Shown here piece after piece: positions 31,356 through 44,205 of a stretch of 64,000 nt of DNA (positions within the stretch are counted from its first letter, which is position 1; each line of letters starts with the position of its first letter). The notes beneath the pieces are model-generated. The model was not told where the DNA came from. It did no database searches and saw only the letters and a list, made by a program, of their open reading frames with translations. The translations under genes and the position numbers were made by a program. Origin of the DNA: Octopus sinensis (Eukaryota); contig NC_043002.1 of NCBI RefSeq assembly GCF_006345805.1, positions 53,878,001 to 53,942,000 of the forward strand, written 5' to 3'.

Positions 31356-31611
31356 TACATATATATATGTAATCCCTTGCATCTCTGTCTATTCCCAGTT
31401 CATTCTTAACCGACTTAACCAAATTAAATAAAATTTTACATGTTAATACTATGAGAAGCTAGGGGTGTCAACATGTAAATTTGGGGGATTAAAATAATGC
31501 AACACTGGCACTGGCTCTGTGTTATATTTCAAAACTCGAAGAATAAAAGGAAAACCGTCGACCAGATAAGTTATAAGTAGTATCACTTTTAATAACTTCA
31601 CTTTTAATAGT

Positions 31612-31690
<79 letters not shown>

Positions 31691-31699
31691 GGAGAGATA

Positions 31700-33445
31700 G
31701 AGATGTGTATTTTTCTCTTGTTTGCAATTATCACGGAAAAAATAGACAAATAATTACCAGGGTAGTAAAAATTCACACAAGTAAAAAGGGCGTAACACCT
31801 TGTTTTTAAATGTAGAAACTCCGGCTTTACGCGAAATACTTTGTATAATATATATGAATCAATAACTGGAGTTAAACGCAGGTGTTTTTCAAATTCTATT
31901 ACTTCCGACATATGTTTCGAAGATATCATTGTTATTATTCGAAAGGAATAGAATGGTGTAGAACAATATAATCTTCTCTTCAGGGAAATAAAGAAATAAA
32001 ACTCGTCAATAAGACATTTTAACAGAATATGATGGATATGTAAACTGATGAACTAAACGCTATTAAGTTTCTTTTTATAAAACGTTAGAGGATATAACGT
32101 CAAAGGTAGCCTATAGAAAGAGGAGGAGTAAAGGAAAGAAAAAATCAGAAATCAAATAAATGAGAAGTCTATAACGATATGCAAATTAAATAAAGTCTTG
32201 GAAAAAGATATATCTAGTGAAAAGGAAATGTAAGATGAAAATGAATGTTTAAATTATATATAATGATAGACATCACTTATATGAACTGAAGGTGTGTTTG
32301 TGCCAATGTTTACAAGGGAATATTTAGAAAAAAGAAAAAAAAAACAGTTCAGAATTACAGTAAAGACGGAATTCCTTGCCTTTATCATAAGGTAACGAAA
32401 TTGAGAGAATGAACCAATCTAAATTAAATTGTTTGTTATGGTCTTTTAAATACCACAATAATTTACTAAGCCCTGTACTGTTACGTTTATTCCTATCCTT
32501 AAATTAGAGTAATGATTAGAAATTCTTTTAGCTATCTGAGAAGAAGAGTTACCTATATAAAAAAAGACATCGGCACCTGATGTAATTTTACACTGCTATA
32601 TAGAATTTTTAATTTTAGAGTTACTTGACATAAACTTAATTCTGTTGGAATTGACTTCAGAGACAATAACCTTGTTATTAATATTTCTAGGGATATGGAT
32701 GATATTAGCTAAATTAATGTTAGTATTAGTAAATGTATTCTTATTTAACAGGCTAATATTATATGAGGAGATAATTTGTAATAGATTTTTTTGTGTTGGA
32801 AAAACCCATCCTAGCCGTGTGCGAGTTGATAATACTGTAATATCTAGAATTCTTTGGAAAATTCCAAATAAATATTTCCCGAAACTGCAATGGAAAATTA
32901 GATTTAATTTGCCTCCCATAAGGAATAATCAACCAAATAGTTTTACTATTACTTGCCTTTTTTAATGCAACTATCTTTAAAAGACATCGATTTACCTTTA
33001 GAATGAAAAGAAGGGTTTATATAAGGGTTATGTCCCTTCTTTTGTTTGGGGTTGGCGTATAAATTAAAATTGACATCGTTTATATCATTACAACTAGATT
33101 TCATGTCTCCATTAGTGAAGGTAGAATAAGATTGAATGGAATTAATAAAGGTAACTTTCTCTTGTATAACCTGCTTTAAGTAAGGCAGAGTTATAAAATT
33201 CAGCCTTATTGAACATATCAATATTAGCAGATAACTTAGACAATCTAAATGAAATATCCTTAACTAAGTTCCTAGTAATTACCCTAGAATGATAACTGAA
33301 TTTGCTAATATACTTAAGGTCGATGGTTTGTGGTATGGGAAGTAAGAATTATTGTGTAAGTTAAATGTAATGTCTAAAATGTTGGCCTTCGTTACATCAT
33401 CACCCAAAACGATTCCTAAGCCCATTCTACGGAAAAATCTATTTT

Positions 33446-33447
<2 letters not shown>
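31700..33447 (-). mobile_element. Penelope-like element 1 (RT thumb, linker, GIY-YIG, 3' tail), degenerate
   Basis: NILDITFNLHNNSYFPYHKP; TIWLIIPY...NFPKNSRYYSIINSHTARMGFS; frameshifted IYQCKITS...YIGNSSSQIAKRISNHYSN...STGLSKLLWYLKD; microsatellites at both ends. Confidence 0.8.
31902..31988 (-). ncRNA. Type I hammerhead ribozyme with extended stem II in PLE 3' tail
   Basis: UUUCC-CUGAAGA-[GAAGAU...AUCUUC long stem]-GAAA-CAUAUG-UC-GGAAG; palindromic stem III ACAUAUGU; GUC triplet. Confidence 0.75.
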
Positions 33448-33479
<32 letters not shown>

Positions 33480-33485
<6 letters not shown>

Positions 33486-33758
33486 ACCGACCAGACCATC
33501 AGATGTTGCAACACATCGCTGGTCACAATGCGTTCGCATTGTTTTAGCCTTCGAATAGCGCCACCCCGCCGGCTAAGCGAGCAGGCCAACAGAAGAGAAA
33601 GAGTGGTGAAAGAATACAGCAGGGATCACCACCCCCTGCCGGAAACTCGTGGAACTTTTATGTGTTTCCACTCAATAAACACACACAACGCCCGGTCTGG
33701 GAAACCGCGATCCTACGACCGCGAGTCCGCTGCCCTAACCACTGGGCCATTGGGCCTC

Positions 33759-33762
<4 letters not shown>
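33480..33762 (-). mobile_element. tRNA-derived SINE S3, near full length, embedded in (AT)n
   Basis: ggaggcccaatggcccagtggttagggcagcggactcgcggtc head; (AT)n on both sides. Confidence 0.8.
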
Positions 33763-33839
<77 letters not shown>

Positions 33840-34002
33840 TTATATATACGTATATATATATGTATATATATATATGTATGTATGTATGTACGTATGTATG
33901 TATATATGTATGTATGTGTGTATGTATGTACGTATGTATGTATGTATGTATGTATACGTATAGATGTATATGTATAAATACGTATAGATATATATATACA
34001 TA

Positions 34003-34600
34003 GTGTTGTTTTGAAATCCAAAAGTTTGTCGATGTTCCCCTTCCAGATGATAAAAGAATCATCTAAGTATCGCTTCCAATTTTCTCTTATGTAGAGATAA
34101 AATGGGTAACCATATTTCTGAAGTGATACTTCATATAAGGTGAATTCAAAATAGCCCATTATTAGATTCGCAAGAACAGGAGCTGCTTTCGTCCCCATCG
34201 CAATTCCGCATTTCTGACGATAGTATGTGTCATCAAACAGGAAATAATTGTTCTGAAGTATAAATTTTAATGATTCAATAATAAAGGTCAAGTTAATGCG
34301 TTCCGGGTGGATTTCGGGGTATTTTTCCAACCTGAATTTAATTGTTTTCATTCCATAGTCATGGGGGATGTTGGTGTAAAGATTGATAACATCGAGGGTG
34401 ACCAATACTGCTTCTTCATTAATCGTTTTTGGTAGGTGTTCTAACATGTGTAAATCATCCCTAATAAAGCTTTTGATATATTTCAGCAAGGGTTTCAGTA
34501 GGATGTCTAGAAAATTGCTCAGTCGGTGGGTTTCACAGGCTGGTCCAGCTACAATGGGTCTTAAAGTCAAGTTTTCTGGCGTTTGGATGTTTATATGTTA
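34003..34600 (-). mobile_element. Penelope-like element 2, inverted RT segment
   Basis: [62 protein letters not shown]. Confidence 0.9.
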
Positions 34601-35545
34601 ACTAGAGATCCAAAAATGAACGACATCCTGAAAACACACAAACTCATCAAATGCAAAAAACAAGACAAATCGCTAAAGAGACTATTAACAAATGCGAAGC
34701 TTTACAAAACAACCACGAAACCATATGGACGCTAGAACTGTGGAACCTGCCCCCACCTGCTTGAAGGCTCGGACTTCCTTTTCAGACAAGGACAGAAGTT
34801 CACAATTAAAACTAGTTTCACCTGTGCCTCTGAGAACCTAATTTATGTAATAACCTGCTCGGGTTGCAGTCATCAATACATTGGACAAACGTGTTTAATT
34901 TTGAGGAAGAGAATTACTCTGCATAAGGAGCAAATCCGTTTCCCGCAATACAGACAAATCCTTCTTAGTGAACACATAGAAAAATGTGCAGGTAACATCA
35001 AACCAAATTTTAAAGTCTTCTCTTTCTACCAGTGCAAAGACACAATCTCTCAACTAGAACGCTTAAATAAAGAAACTTCTTTCATTGAAAAATACAAAAC
35101 GCGTCTGAAAATGCACGCATAACCAATTTTTATATTTTTACCTATTACATCACTGTACATAAATCCCCTACTAAACAAGGCCCCTTTTTTTAAAACCTGT
35201 CTCCTTTCTGTACACATATTTTTCCCCACCCAAAACCTAAACAGTTGTCTCCCTTACAGACAACAGTAACAATAATAACAACCAATTACCTCCCTTTACT
35301 TGTCAACTTGTAAAATTATTCACTCGTGAAGCTCATTATAAACAACATGGACCCATTTTCTTCTTTAGAAAAAATATATTTTCATATAAATTAAACATTG
35401 TATCATGAATAGCGATTGCGAAACCGGTCGATACATTAAAATTTATACTATAACCATGTAAGTGTGCGTATTTTCCGTTTTTATTTTTCTTATATACATT
35501 ACAATCCACCACGTGGGGACAACCGAAATTCCTCTTTTCTGTTAC
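34600..35545 (+). mobile_element. Penelope-like element 2, GIY-YIG endonuclease and 3' tail
   Basis: NCGTCPHL, TCASENLIYVITCSGCSHQYIGQT, LRKRITLHK, RLNKETSFIEKY; one in-frame TAG; mutated hammerhead at 35399-35435; ends at (AT)n. Confidence 0.88.
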
Positions 35546-35598
<53 letters not shown>

Positions 35599-35599
35599 G

Positions 35600-36040
35600 T
35601 CCGAATTTACAGAGAAAAGACGAAGACAGCTTTAGGTACAAGAATCAGGTGTTTTATTTTAATGCTGGGGAACAATGGAAAAAAATCTTTTACGTTCTGA
35701 GCCTACACTCTTCGGCAGAAAGGATTAAGAGTTGAAAAAATGGAGAGAGAATGAATAGCACGAAGGGTAAAAAAATGTACAAAGTTCAATAGTCCTGCAG
35801 GACGAGAGGTCTGGAAAAAAGAGGCTGTATGAAAGGGAGGTAATAATAATTATAATAAATTCAACGGTGATCCGAAAGAACGTAGGTGTGCAAGCGAGTA
35901 TGTGAGAATGGTGTGTGTGAATATGTATGTGTGAATGGGGGAAAGGGTGGGCGAGTGTGTGTCTGTGTGCGAATGGAAGTGTGCATATGCGTGAAGCTAT
36001 GGTCTGTGTGTTTATGTGTGTTGTATATAGCAGTTGATGT
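35600..36040 (-). mobile_element. PLE-type 3' tail with decayed hammerhead, tail-to-tail with PLE 2
   Basis: Minus strand cttt-ctgccga-a-gagt-gtag-gctc-agaac-gt-a-aaag (35687-35722); similar tail at 10420-10760. Confidence 0.5.
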
Positions 36041-36045
36041 GTGCT

Positions 36046-36300
36046 TGTTCAGGATTGGCGAAAGCGATATGGTGGACAACAAAAAACCTGGCTGATGACG
36101 GTCAAGGCTGATCTAGAACCCAACCTAGGACCCCATATCTACGGCGTCCGCCGCTGGAATACGGAGTGGTTGGAGATCACTCGGTCGTTAGACTCAAATC
36201 GTCAGGCGGGGTCGGCGTTTGTGAGAGATGCAACATTGAGGATGAATGAAGCCAGCTCAACCCACCCCGAGTGAATGCTGTTAGAAGAAGAAGAAAGAAG
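36046..36300 (+). mobile_element. RTE-clade LINE 3' end with (GAA)n tail
   Basis: WRKRYGGQQKTWLMTVKADLE...W...SNRQAGSAFVRD matches the RTE C-terminal pattern. Confidence 0.7.
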
Positions 36301-36378
36301 TTCAGATGATGTGTAGCAATGTGTACTTGTGTGTGCCTGTGACCAAATAGTGTGCGTGTGTATAGTGTATGTGTGTAT

Positions 36379-36432
<54 letters not shown>

Positions 36433-36914
36433 ATATATAATTAATTAATTAATAGTTTAACGAAACAGAGAATACACATAGTATATTCACTTTTATAATC
36501 AGTGTGCAGTCATATTAAGTTATATTCGAATATGAATTGGAAGCAGCTCAAGGTATATAAAAGAACTCAAACACTCAAACACATGGTCTGTGTATCCTTA
36601 GTACGTCGGGCAGCTGCGTTATTTAGGCGCAAGACAATACATTCTTAATGCTGCTGGTGTAAAGACAGGGTCTGCTGCAAACATACTCTTTTCGGTATGT
36701 AGCATTGATAAGTCAAAACAATGACGGAACTACCATGTCTGTCCCTCCGATAAAAAAAAGGGACTTGGTGTGAGTTGTCTCGCTTGTCTGTGACTTACTT
36801 TCAGGTGTTTTTACACCAGCGGCATTGAAAATATATTCACTGAAACCTAAAAAAAAGCAGCCGCCCGACTAGAAATGCATACAGGCACACATCTTGTGAA
36901 TGTGAGTTCGATTT

Positions 36915-36998
<84 letters not shown>

Positions 36999-37064
36999 TA
37001 TATATATATACCGGAGTAAGCATATAGCTGTTAAACAAGGTGGAAAGGAAGAGTAATATGCGTC

Positions 37065-37197
37065 ATTAATAAAGCTGCAAGTACATCACAAAAAACTGTT
37101 ACTCAGAGTTTCACCTTCCTGTTTATCAACCAAGACTATCCGCCGAACATGAAACTCACAGAAACACTTTTAGTGATGTCTTTGCAGCTTTATTAAT
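37065..37197. repeat. Imperfect ~49-bp-arm inverted repeat (probable inverted PLE tail pair)
   Basis: attaataaagctgcaag...gagtttca vs tgaaactc...tgcagctttattaat; minus strand retains gaaa-ctctgag-ta. Confidence 0.65.
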
Positions 37198-37280
37198 AAA
37201 GTGGGATTATATATGTATGTATATATTTATATATATGTGTGTGTATGTGTGTGTGTATGTGTGTGTGTATGTGTGTGTAT

Positions 37281-37323
<43 letters not shown>

Positions 37324-37414
37324 TGTAATGCGAATATTGAGGATGTAATATTCTCGTAAAGGATTTTTATTAGAAATCCGAATATCAATTGCTGTTATCA
37401 AATATACTGAAAGT

Positions 37415-38028
37415 TCCGCAATGCATGTGGATAAACTGAACAATAATGTATAAAATAAATAAAAGAAAATAGAGAATAAATGTAGTGGATACTTGTTTTT
37501 TTATTTGTATCACGATGAAAAAAAGTAATACATATAAGATTGAGGATGTGAAAGAACAGAATCAACAAAAGAAAGAAACGTAGAAGTATCTTACATATGT
37601 TTCAATCCGGCTATGAGATTTCGATTATCACCATTCAAGCGATATTAGATGTAAAATAATCCCACATTGTGTCCGGATATCATCAGGGAGTGTTGTTTAC
37701 TTTCTGGTTGTGAACAACGAAATAACTACCCACCAGAAAGTAAACATCACCCCTTGGTGGTATCCGGACATAATGTAGGGTTATTTCACATTTAACATCG
37801 CTTGAATGGTGATGATCGAAATCTAATGGCTGGTTTGAAACATATGTAGGATTCTTTTATGTTTATTTCTCTTTTGCTGATTCGGTTTCTTTACATCTTA
37901 AATATTAAATGCATTACTTTTTTTTTCATCGTGATACAAATAAAATTAACCAAGAATCCACTACATTTCTTCTCTATATTTTGTATAACTTTACACATTA
38001 TTGGACAGTTTATCTATATATATTGTGG
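37415..38028. repeat. Imperfect ~300-bp-arm palindrome centred near 37720
   Basis: gtttactttctggt (37695) pairs with accagaaagtaaac (37745); tttgtatcacgatgaaaaaa pairs with ttttttcatcgtgatacaaa; gataaactg..caataatg pairs with cattattg..cagtttatc. Confidence 0.85.
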
Positions 38029-38188
38029 ATATGCATATATATATATATATTTGTTTTGAAAACAGCATGTCCTTAAGAGGTATTATTTTCAAGCGAGTAA
38101 TACCGTCAATTTACGTTTCACAATGTATCTAAATTGAGGATGATAGATATTATGGGATGACCAAATATTTATATATAATTATATATGT

Positions 38189-38340
<152 letters not shown>

Positions 38341-38421
38341 GTGATAGATTGGGAGCGTATATGTATACATACCTACATGCAACCACACACATCCATACAT
38401 GTATATATACTTATATATACT

Positions 38422-38460
<39 letters not shown>

Positions 38461-38483
38461 TATATATATATATAGATATATAT

Positions 38484-38515
<32 letters not shown>

Positions 38516-38529
38516 TTATTGATTGATTG

Positions 38530-39160
38530 ATTGGTTGATTGATTTCTCCGTTTTCACAGATGATTTTCATCTCAGTGAACTACTTCGTTGCCAATGGCAT
38601 TTCTGATATTTCGTCTGTAGCCCCCCTCAGATAACTATTCGGTCTTACTGCATATCTGTTTGGTTTGAAGCTCAGGTGTCAGATGAAAGCACTTCCAATG
38701 GATTAATCGAATCACTGTTTGAAATATGGTCGCTGTGAATCGTCACATGTCTCTTGTAAGAGCATTCACACAATGCACACTTCGGAATATTCCGTCTAGA
38801 GAAAGGACGTTGCATTCAGTTGACTTTCATGGGACTTCAAATAGTTGACATATTCAACCTTGGAAAAATGATATGCGGGGTACTCGTTTCACACCTCCAG
38901 CATGTTATGTTCTCACTGGGTTTTTGATGAGAGTCCTTCCAAAGACAGCGCTTTAAGTTTTTGTGCTCAAGACGTCGCTCTTCACAAGCTTTACAATTCA
39001 CTATATGCTTCCGTCAGTGAGCTCTAACCAAAGCTAGTTCTTCCCAGTTCTTTTCATTGTCTTACAAGCCCTTCACATTGCCTTTGATGCAGTGTATTTT
39101 TTGTGTTTTGTACTCAGGACGCTTTCCTCTGCTACTTTGGAATCCTATTATCTTGGATAC
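38530..39160 (-). mobile_element. RTE-clade LINE 3' end, degenerate
   Basis: Decayed NWEELALVRAH*RKHIV..CEERRLEHK and YVNYLKSH, plus C2H2-like remnants. Confidence 0.55.
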
Positions 39161-40074
39161 GCAAGCATGGCGTGCCAAACACATCTGAGTAGATGGGTGA
39201 CAGGATGCGCAAGCAAGAATATGTGTGGGCGTTTGTGTGAGTGTGTGTGTGCATGCACGCGCATGTGCATGTACGTATGTATGTATGTATATATTATATA
39301 TGTAAAGGGTTGGACAACATAATAGAAACACCACATTTTATTTCATTATTTATACTGTCATGAGGACAAATTCAAAACAGTCCTAGTCTGCATAGATATC
39401 GTCATATGCATTATGTATGCTTTATATTCCATGATATAGATCCCTTTCACATTTCCGTAAAGAATAAACCGTTGAGCCGCAGAATGGTTGAGAATCAATC
39501 ACTAAAATTGTGGTTGTTTCGGGAGATGCAGCCTCTAAATACATATTGGCATTTCAAAACTAAGATAAAAACACTTCTGGCAAACATATTTCTGGATGAA
39601 AGTCTAAGCTCACAGAGAGACACTGCATAACAGTGGAACGCATCGTATCTAAAAGCTATCGAACTACAGCAACAGAGGGAAACACCTAAGCTCCACGAGG
39701 TTCCGGACGGGGTGGGGGGTGAACCTCGCTCTACTCTTTCACCACAACTTTCTCACATTCTATCTCCCTACCTCTGCTACAAAGCAGAGTAACTATGGTG
39801 TAACCCACTATGGTGTGGTAAACTTTCAAACTCTAGTCTAGGTTGCGAATCCTCTGTACCCCAGGATGGTTCAGCTCTCCACCTGTTAAATGCCACCGTT
39901 TACGGAATGAGGATAGCAACGTAGCTTTCGCGCCCGTGTAACCGCGTATAGTAGGTGGATCTTCAATTTGCCGGACGCATTCTTAGTAGCTTAGAGTAGG
40001 CTCGAATTAGAGATTATTCTTTGTGGCTAATGGGGTGAGTCCTGATTCGAAAAAGAAGAGGAAGAAGCAGCAGC

Positions 40075-40870
40075 AGCAGAAGTGACAGCAGAACTAAACT
40101 ACAACGTTTCCAAACTTGTCTGAACTAAAACCGTTCGTCGTGAACTCCATAAAACTGGAAACCATGGAAGGGCTGCAATTACTAAACCCCACCTGTTCCC
40201 ATCATGAATGATAAATGAAAAATTGCCTGAACTATCTGAAGCAGTCACTGGCTCGAAAGAACATCATGACCTCTCATGAATCAGCATTCACCACTTTTAC
40301 TCATTTCGCGATGAGTTTATGTCCGGAGGCAGCCTAAGGAAACTCTGAACCCTAGTTGTTTATCCCTTACCGTGATCATAAAGTTAGCTCAGTGTTAACT
40401 TAGACAGCCATACCACGGAATTGACTGGTTAAAGTCAAAGATTATTTACGTACTTTGGCTGCTCATTTCCATCATCTGATAAATTGTCCTGACAATAAAG
40501 CTATCCTCCAGAGTGATAATGGACTGATTCATAGAGCTAATATCATTCAAAATGTGTACGAAGAGCACAAAATAGAAGTAGACTACATGATTTGGCACTC
40601 ACATTCACCAGATTCCAATATAAACAAGAATCTATAGGATGCGGATCAGCATGTGAGAAATTGCTTCCTACCGCCATCATCGCTGAGAGAGCTAAAGTAA
40701 GTGTTACTTGAATTTTGGCGCAAAATTCCGCTTAACAAACGTTCACAACCTGTCAATTTCTCGTAATGAACTAGTGACTGGTGCCAAAGTTTGACCAACT
40801 CTCTATTAAACTATAAAACTAAACTTTAATTTAACATGGTGTTGTGCCACTATTTCGATCAGTACTGAAT
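40075..40870 (+). mobile_element. Tc1-type transposon fossil
   Basis: EVTAELN...KTVRRELHKTG.HGRAAITKP; ILQSDNGLIHRANII, IWHSHSPDSNI, PPSSLREL; terminal cagtactg. Confidence 0.75.
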
Positions 40871-40902
40871 ATATGTATGTATGTATGTATATATATATAT
40901 AT

Positions 40903-41464
40903 ATATAACCAAGAAGGGTAGTAATATTATTTACTACCAGGTGCCCAGCACAAAAGACGAATTAGTCATAAGACAAAAATATTATTCATATAGAAAAATA
41001 TTATTCATGTAGTTATACAATTAAGGGCTCTTAAATAAAGATGCCGAGTGCTGGGAACACAAAAAGGGGATGAATTTATCGAGAGTGAAAATCAAAAACG
41101 TTTACCGATAACTTTAACAACTCGTACCGCGGTTTCTGCTTCTTTCTAGCAAAACACAGAATATGTTTGCTAAGGCCAGCTTCATCAGCGAGTCGCCTGA
41201 ATTTAATCGAGGTCTGCAGCGATGTGGGACTATGTGTTAAACCCGACTACTAGCAGATCTTAACTTTTCAAATCTCTGCGCAGACGCAAAATTTACACGG
41301 GCATGCCGGGAAGAATTTTACGAATAAATTCATCATGTAGTATGCGAATATAACCAAGAAGGGTAGTAATATTATTTACTACCAGGTGCCCAGCACAAAA
41401 GACGAATTAGTCATAAGACAAAAATATTATTCATATAGAAAAATATTATTCATGTAGTTATACA
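40903..41464 (-). mobile_element. Retrozyme-like element B: 117-bp direct terminal repeats, 445-bp unit, internal hammerhead
   Basis: 40903-41019 is identical to 41348-41464; AT-rich microsatellite flanks; no ORF; hammerhead at 41118-41195. Confidence 0.75.
41118..41195 (-). ncRNA. Type I hammerhead ribozyme with extended stem II (A.A at base of stem II)
   Basis: CGACUCG-CUGAUGA-A-GCU...AGC-A-GAAA-CCGCGG-UA-CGAGUUG: 7-bp stem I with one G.U, palindromic stem III ACCGCGGU, GUA triplet; hairpin UAGCAAA...UUUUGCUA inside stem II. Confidence 0.72.
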
Positions 41465-41487
41465 TATATACGCACGCACACACACAA

Positions 41488-41536
<49 letters not shown>

Positions 41537-41666
41537 TATGTATGTATGTATGTATATGCATCATACGTAGTCAAATAATTAGACACGCATATATAGACAT
41601 TTATATACATATATGTATTATATGTGTATGTATATGTATACACACACGCACGCGCGCATGCATATG

Positions 41667-41721
<55 letters not shown>

Positions 41722-43679
41722 TTAATATGAGTATCTGCGTGTATGAATATATGTAAGATAGATAGAAAGATGGACACTCACCTTAAATTAATTTTGTTTT
41801 TCCCACATCTTTATACGAATATTTTCTTCCACCATTATTATTCAGTATGATATAGCTCCATTATATTTTCTGATTTAATCTGTCTCCATTACTTTCTTTC
41901 CTTCTTTGTGTTGCCTTCATTAATATTCATTCTTCCTAATTTAACATTTTTCGGAATTTTCTCTTTTAAATAATCATTATCTGTAATGGTCTTCTCCCTT
42001 ACTTTCATATTGCCTTTCATTTCGACTGCCGCCCCTCTCTGTCTTCACCTTTCTCTCTCTTTCTTTTCGTCCGTCTGCTTTCCTACCTTACTTTCCTTCT
42101 TTCTTGCTTCCTCTGTCTCTGTCTCCCTCTGTCTCACCTTATGTCTATAAGTTAAAATATATCTTATACATTTTTCTCATAATACGTCTTACCTCCGTGT
42201 AAATATCTGATTGTCTTCTGTCTTTCTCCCTCCTACTCTCACACATTTCATTACATGATTTCTCAATGTCTTTCTCTCTCTCTTTCCCTAATCTTCTCAC
42301 TATCTCTCTCTCTTCTCCCTCTGTCCCCTTTCTTTCTTAATTATCCACTACCTCTTCAATCCTTTCCAATCATAACAATGCCATCACATTCATAATAAAC
42401 GATATTCTATAAAACCCTCGCCAACATTTATCACCGCATCCACCACCACCACACGACCACTAATACAATTATTACTGTCCTTACTACTATTTATTAACGA
42501 TTCTACTAAAAAATCTTTATTATTATTTCCAAGCAGTAACATAATCTTCTGAAGCATCACCATTTTCTTAAATGGTAAATAGTTCCATACATATATATGT
42601 ATTTGCAATTATTTCACCGATATCTACGAGAATATGTTTTCCCAGCTTAACGTATTGGCCATTATCTTTTATGTCTAAATATTCCCCAGTGTCTTAAGCC
42701 GTTTCTACGCGGTAGTATGACATGTTGCAAATAACAACCAAACATCTTTCGAACCACACCATTGTTTCTTTAAAAACGTAAATTCCCGAAAGCCTTTATA
42801 CGTAATTCTGCAAGTTAAGATACAACAACAGTACACCATGCAGCGAGGGAGGGCCTGTACACGACACAAAATCAAAAGGAATACAATAGATAACGTGTCG
42901 TTGCTTCTTGGTATAAAAATCACTAAGAAGCATGTTCAGCCTCTGATCCCGATTTGTACTGTTTCTTCTCTTAATTTGCCGTACCGCAGCCATAAATCTT
43001 CCGTACCGCTGCTATAAATACCTGTGTTCTTCGAAGTTGGTTTGTTTAGATCCTCTTCGGATCATGAACTCCCAACATGCAAGTCTTTCTTCCTTTAGCC
43101 AACTACGTTGTGTTCAGCTCTCCGGTTCCCATGCTAACTAGTATGCCAAATCTTTCCTTCTCAGAATATCGACCCTCTGGAATCACGTCTGTTCATGTCT
43201 TTCCAGCAGATGTCAACTTGCTATAATTTAAGCCACATTGTAACAGTATCGATGTCGACGGTCACAGCAGGTCTGCAAAGGTCATAGTAAGTAATAAAAT
43301 TAGTCTTGAATATGTTGTGTATGAATATAAAGCGGGACAGTAATAGTTCAAGAATATTTGATAATAATTCTGCTGCATTTAAGTAGATTTGTTGCTAAGT
43401 AGCAATAGCAACAGGAGGGCATTATTCAAGAAGAATCGACTCAATAGAAATGACAACCAAACGTCACTGAAAACTGACCTAACTGACATAAAACAACGAA
43501 AAATACACTACCTATTTTTGTTAGATACTATATATGACTTTGCTCATTGAACTTAGAACTCAGTAAGAGCCGCTTACCGGGCGTCAAGAGCTGCTTACCA
43601 GGCAATAAAAAATCTAATAATTATAATAACCCTTTCTACTTCAATACCGGGAATCTTGTTCAGGATTGCTACCGATTCT

Positions 43680-43995
43680 ACCCCTTCACTGTCTTGACGA
43701 TAATGATGATATGATCAGAATAAGAATTTGGAGCATGAGAACAGTAAAGGTCGTGCCTAAAATAATTGGTGCTTTGGGAACTGTAAGCAAAAATATAAAT
43801 TGCTGAAAGAGATTGGAATACAATATCCTGTAGAGCTCTTATAGAAAGTTTGTCTCTTGAGGACAGCAAGGATTATCAGAATTGATATACAGCTGAAAAC
43901 TTGTGGATACCTTAGGTAATAATGTAGTAATCCGTTGCACCCATAAATCCTACCAGGAATAAGACTGAAACTGAGCCAAACCAAAATGATAATAA
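43680..43995 (+). mobile_element. Dong/R4-type 3' end (different subfamily)
   Basis: IRIWSMRTVKVVP.IIGALGTVSKN and LLRTARIIR; ends aaaatgataataat. Confidence 0.65.
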
Positions 43996-43999
43996 TCCT

Positions 44000-44205
44000 T
44001 TCTACTTTAGACTCAAGGCCTGGAATTTGGGGTGAAAGGTATAAGTCGATTAGATCGACTCCAGTGATTAACTGGTACTTATATTATCGACTCCGAAAAG
44101 TAAAGTCGACCGTAGCGGAATTTTACCTCGGAACATAAAGACAGACGGAATACCTCGAAGGACTTCATCCACCATGCTAACGATTCTGCAACTTTCTTCG
44201 ATACA
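44000..44205 (-). mobile_element. SINE family S1
   Basis: Reverse complement of S1 body and tail (aagtcgaccgtagcggaattttacctcggaac; actggtactt). Confidence 0.7.

Noticed and set aside
32645-32965. 106-aa plus-strand ORF with hydrophobic N-terminus
   Set aside because: Antisense to the decayed PLE linker region.
33480-33762. tRNA-like sequence
   Set aside because: Lacks a complete cloverleaf and continues into a SINE body; not a tRNA gene.
34721-34745. In-frame stop near the Cys motif of PLE 2 as possible recoding
   Set aside because: It is TAG rather than TGA, in a truncated, rearranged copy; simple mutation is more likely.
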